DNA of 64,000 nt from contig OZ024741.1 of NCBI GenBank assembly GCA_964016885.1, forward strand, positions 90,706,001-90,770,000, in the 5' to 3' direction. This DNA is from Eledone cirrhosa. Its lineage: Eukaryota. The notes below the pieces were generated by a model. The model saw only the letters and a list, made by a program, of their open reading frames with translations, was not told the origin of the DNA and searched no databases. This document shows positions 59,146 through 64,000 of this stretch, in pieces. Numbering within the stretch: position 1 is the first letter of the stretch; every line of letters begins with the position of its first letter. A program made the translations under genes and the position numbers.

Positions 59146-62100
59146 TTATTTTTTGCACCCTGTAATTATCGTGGCCTCAATCAGATTGGGAGCTAAGGAC
59201 TTAACGACCAAACGTGTGCCATTGCATTGTTTCGGCGGAACCAAATTTCGAATGAGCATTATAGGGGCACCAACTTTAAGTTTCAAAATGTGTGGGGGTA
59301 ATCCGGGTGGCTCAAAGGAATTTAGTATCTCTATTGGATAGTTGATGACGTCCTCGGGGTCAGGAGTTCTATCGATAGACTTATATACGTAGCCATCCCC
59401 AGGAATGAGTTTTAGCATTTGATCATTAATATGGTTAACAGTTTTATTCCTCGGGGCCAGAATAGCCCTTTGGCCAAGCCAATCCAAATTCCGATAATTT
59501 GCTTGGAGATCTGGGAATACTGCATCCCTGAGATCAGAAGGCGTACTAACAACGGTACAAAGTGTGTCGATGGCAACATTACCCTTTTCATCCCCGGGCG
59601 TTTTGCCTTCGCCAAGTGCAAGGAAGGTGTGAGAAAATGCTGCTGATGCGATATCACCTCGCATATGAGCACGCATGTTAGTGTGAAGTTTCAGAGTCTT
59701 CGCCAGGAGCCACAATGCGGATGACTTAAGACACGCACGTACTGCATCAGCACTAGTCCCCTTGGGAATAACGGGAAGCGTTTGCTTGAAGTCCGCTGAA
59801 AGAAGAAGTGTTATGCCTCCCATGGGAGCCGTAGAGTCTTTGATGTCTCTCAGAGTTCTATCTAGCGCCTCAAGAGCACCTCTGTGGGCCATCGTGCATT
59901 CATCCCAAACGATAAGCTTGCATCGTCTGAACACTTCTGCCTGATCGGAGCTCTTACTGATGTTGCAAGTGGGTGTCTCAGTCTTCGCTAAGTCAAGCGG
60001 GAGCTTGAAAGAGGAGTGAGCTGTACTGCCGCTCGGCAACAAAGTAGCCGCAATTCCAGATGATGCCACAGCTAAGGCAATGCCTTCTGTTCGCCTAATC
60101 TCAGCTAATATTAATTTGGTGACAACATTTTTTCCAGTCCCCCCAGGAGCGTCCAGGAAAAAAATTCCCCCAGCTTTGCCCCGGACAGAATTAACAACGG
60201 AGTTGTAAGCGAATTTCTGTTCTGGAAGGAGCTTTGGCTTATTCTCCGCTATGTACTGGGCATGCTCGTCAACATGATAAGATGTCTCACGCAGGAAATC
60301 TGAAAACAGAGTGTTTGCGCCTTCCCGGTTTGTTGTAGGTAGGCCATACACCGCCAACGCACTACCGCCCATATTGAGAACAGTATCTTCGATTTCAAGC
60401 AGCGCCCTGTTGTAAATGAGGTCACTGTACCCGACCTCCATCGATGGGTTTAGCAACTGAGCGTGACGCAGGAAATCTTCAGACACGTAATCTTTGTAGC
60501 TAAGCCATAAAGGGGCAGGACCACCCAAGTCGCACCATAGGAGTAGAATAGAGAAAAGCGATCTTAGTCTTTTAGGAGATTTCAACAAACGCCCTCTGCC
60601 ATAGTGACGCCCCATTGTGAATCATCCTCCAAAAGGCCACGCCTAAAGCAGGCTTCCCGGAAAGTATCACATAATTCACCGTCAACAGTTCTTATGTCTC
60701 GAAAGCTTTGTGGGCCAAAAACCTCATGGAGGAGAAGGCGCAGGTGAAAACACTCATGCTGGTTGGGAGGTACAGTGTACACACTTCCTAGACAACTGTC
60801 AAACTTGACACCAGGATGTCCTTCAACATCCTGACCTGACTTCCTACGCACCCAAGTCTTGTTTGACCACACGTAGTAGGACGGGACCTGAGGATATAAA
60901 AGTGTTTTGGCAAATGTGTCAAGTTGGCAAAGCGTAAAAAAAAAACAGTCAAAGTTGTTTCTTTTGGATTGGACGCCAATTGAGCAGTAGTCTGTTCAGT
61001 AAAGTAATCCCACTGGCCGTTTTCCAAATGAACCGCTAGTTGTATGATGGCGGGGTGCCTTTGGTGAAGCGGAAACCCGAATATCCGCCAAAAAGCTTCA
61101 CCACTGCTTATGTATCAACCTGCCAAGTACTCCGACACCTCGTCCATGCTATTGTCGTTTTGAAGGCTGAACATGGCAGCGTCAGAACCCTTGTTAACAT
61201 ATTTACATATGTACTTTATTGACTTCACTGAATGACAGAACTCCACATTTATATGAGCGTTAAAAGTTTTCATCAGAAATGGACAGTACGGGACCACCCA
61301 CCTATTATCAGCTTGATGACCCCGTAACGTCATAGTGAATCCACCGTTCTCAGGCCGCCTTCGTCTGTACAGTGGGTATCCGTCGCCGCCGGTCTGGGTC
61401 TCCTCAACGAACCTCTTTGGGTATCTTTTAGTGCACACATGGTCTTTGTGGCATGAGGAGAATTCTTGAAAACCGGGACCGCACGGACCGTGCACCATGT
61501 GTGCCTTCACAATGTCGTACAGCTGCCGGTCAACAACGGGGTCCGGTATTTCCGCTGGGATGACGTCATCTAGAACTGTAGGGTCTATTTTGGTGACCAA
61601 CCAAACCAAAATGTGCGCGTGTGGAAACCCTCTCTTCTGCCACTCAACAGTATACATGTGGCACCTAACAGGCCCGAAAACCTGCCCTTTTTTTATTAGA
61701 TCAATTAGCTTAGCCAGCTTCTGCCTGAAAACCCTGGCAATAATATCATGCCGATGGCAGTACTGCTGCCCTGGGAGTTCCCGCGTAACCTCAACCCACT
61801 TGGGGTTACACGTAAAAGTGATGAATAAATCGGGGCGCCCATAATGCCGAACGAACGTCATAACATCCTGTGTTCGCTCGTGCATGTACCCCCCACCTCC
61901 CCCGTATAGGTTGAGGGGAGAATGCACATTTTGCCGATGTTCCGGGGGTCACTATCATTCCTGATGCCGTCACGCAAATGGATGTAGGAGTCTGAGCGCA
62001 GCTGCTTCTGATTCAATTTTATGAAGCACAGTCTCTCCGACTCCACCTTTGCAGCCATGTCAACTAAAAACTGGTGAAACAGTTCCCGTGACCTGTGCAG

Positions 62101-63731
62101 GATGCTGAAATCGTTAGGCCTCGTCATGAAGCGGTATGAGTATAAACCCATACATGAAACAGTTTTAGATGTCGCAGCAGTGGGCTCGTTTGGTTTGCGC
62201 TGAGGAATGCCGAAATGGTACCCGTCTTCTCCGTATGCAAAAAGAAGGGGATACTGCAGGGCGTCGTATGAACAATGCGTCTCATTAATACGTCGAAGAC
62301 CACTGTCACGGCTTTGAAGAACTATGTCTCGCTTATTGTGCTGTTCACCATGGATAACTACGGCCACTTCATTGCACTAAGGAGCGTTATAACGGCGTGC
62401 GTGCTCCCCAGAAGGTCTTTTGTCAGCATCGATGACAATGGTGAAGGAGTTGTTTCCAAGGCGTATTTGAAACTGCGAATATAACTGTTGTGCTCATGAA
62501 GTATGTTTTGAAGACCGAGCAGCACGTCCCTGTCAAAAGTGTCAGCGTCAGTGTTTGGAGGTGTTGGAATAACTCCGAACCGCGCACCAACTTGCCTACT
62601 GTAGTTAGAAATGAAGTAAATGTGAAGGAACGAAGGCTTGCAATTTTGTAGTGGCTGGAGCGACCCAATAAGATGGTACACCTGCCCCTGGACCATGAAA
62701 GTAGGAATCCAAACACTTTCTCTGACAACGTTAGCCCCGAAAGAAGTCATTTGAAACGCACAATTGTACTTCCTGATGAGTTGAAGGAATTTGGATGAAC
62801 TTGAGGTAGAACCAGTAAGTAGTTCCTTCAAAGGCTCTGGCGGTTCCCCAAGAGGGGGCAAGCTGACCTTACCGTTTAAGCAGCACATTGCAGGTGGCTC
62901 CCCAGACCACTTTTTAGCATTGCAAAATTGGCAATTGAAGCGCATTTCCCCTATATTTATGTCGGCGCGCATCGAGTAGTTAACGTTGGGCTCATACTTG
63001 AAAGCCCGTAGGTGCCAGTATGGGCTGTTGGGACTCGTCACACCGCAGGCAGCTTCTCGTCGTCGACTGTTCCGCTCCAACGTAGAACGTTGCTCTTGTG
63101 AGACGTGGGAAGCTCTCGCAGCAGTAGCAGAAGCCACCCTTGCAATCCTAATGGACCGCCCGTCTGCATCTTCAGAAGCCATGGAAGAAGTCATAGCCGC
63201 AGCGTTCCTAGCAAGGCGAGTCGTCCGCCGTTCCAAACCTTCCGAAGCCCTGGAAGCAGCAGTAGCCGCAGCGTTTCTAGTCAGTCGAGTCGCCCTTTGT
63301 TCCGGGCCCTCTGAAGCCCTGGAAGCAGCAATAGCAGCAGCGTTTCTATTCAGGCGATTCGACCATTTTTGCAGGCCCTCTGAATCCCTGGAAGCAGCAG
63401 TAGCAGCAGCGTTTCTAGCCAGGCGAGTCGACCTTTGTTCCGGGCCCTCTGAAGCCCTGGAAGTAGCAGTAGAAGCGGTGTTTTTTGAATGACGTATCGC
63501 CCGCTCTGAATCGCACATCGCAGCACGTCTCGAGGCGTCGTATGAAGCCATCTTGGCTAGGCGTGCGGTGCGTTGTTGAAAACGTTCAGCAGCTCTGCAT
63601 TCCGCTGAACGTAAGGCGCTCTGTGAAAGTCTTAAAGCAGTTTCCTCGGGGGACTCGTTTGCTGTAATTGCCCTCTGCGCCGCCGCTGACGCGGTATGGC
63701 GACCGAGGCGACATCTCTTTTTAGGTGGCAT
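59146..63731 (-). mobile_element. Helitron RepHel transposase, frameshifted and 3'-truncated
   Basis: MPPKKR start; CQFC...CC zinc motif; YNCAFQMTSFGA; YDALQYPLLF; GRPDLFITFTCNPKW; HUH motif VEWQKRGFPHAHIL; KYICKYVNKG; Pif1 helicase DAPGGTGK, IVWDEC, LIRNL...CNGTR. Ends at ITGC before the last helicase motifs. Confidence 0.96.
63140..63660 (-). repeat. Coding 63-bp (21-aa) tandem repeat in the RepHel N-terminus
   Basis: SRASEGPEQRSTRLARNAAATAA-like units; about five clear and three diverged. Confidence 0.85.
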
Positions 63732-64000
63732 TTTATGTGAAAAAGAAATTGTGAAAGATACTTCTACAGCAAAATTGCCTTTGAAAGTATAACGCTGAAA
63801 ACTTGAGGCGTTCCGCAGGGGAAAACGGGAGAACGAACGGCAAATATAATAACTCACAGTTTGTTGAAAGTGCGCTTCTGTCAGCAAGTGGAAGTTGTTT
63901 GGCCAAAAATCCCTATGTTTGTTTGTTTTTTCAATCAATAAACGTTTAAATATATTATACACAAAATGTAATTGGGTGTGAGTTGGATGAGAGATGTTTT

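Noticed and set aside
62986-63492. 168-aa plus-strand ORF
   Set aside because: Antisense shadow of the RepHel repeat region.

Overview
AT-rich, extremely microsatellite-dense animal DNA. The tRNA-derived SINEs resemble those I know from octopus, so a cephalopod origin is likely (inference). No intact host gene is evident. The window is a nest of transposable elements: four Penelope-like retroelements (PLEs; three resembling the Nematis clade, one Neptune-like), many short non-coding PLE-related fold-back or partial-tandem elements, a Tx1/L1-like LINE, RTE and CRE fragments, SINEs, a frameshifted RepHel Helitron and a probable non-autonomous Helitron. About 18 type I hammerhead ribozyme (HHR) motifs, intact or degenerate, can be folded by hand. 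Main hunt results: (1) three unrelated HHR families share a conserved AGAGUC/UGAGCUGA module inserted in stem II; (2) a T(T/C)GAGT(G/A)C motif recurs downstream of the HHR in many unrelated families; (3) small retrozyme-like elements share one architecture; (4) a nested near-intact PLE spans 10.8-19.1 kb. All alignments and folds were done by eye, so boundaries are approximate.
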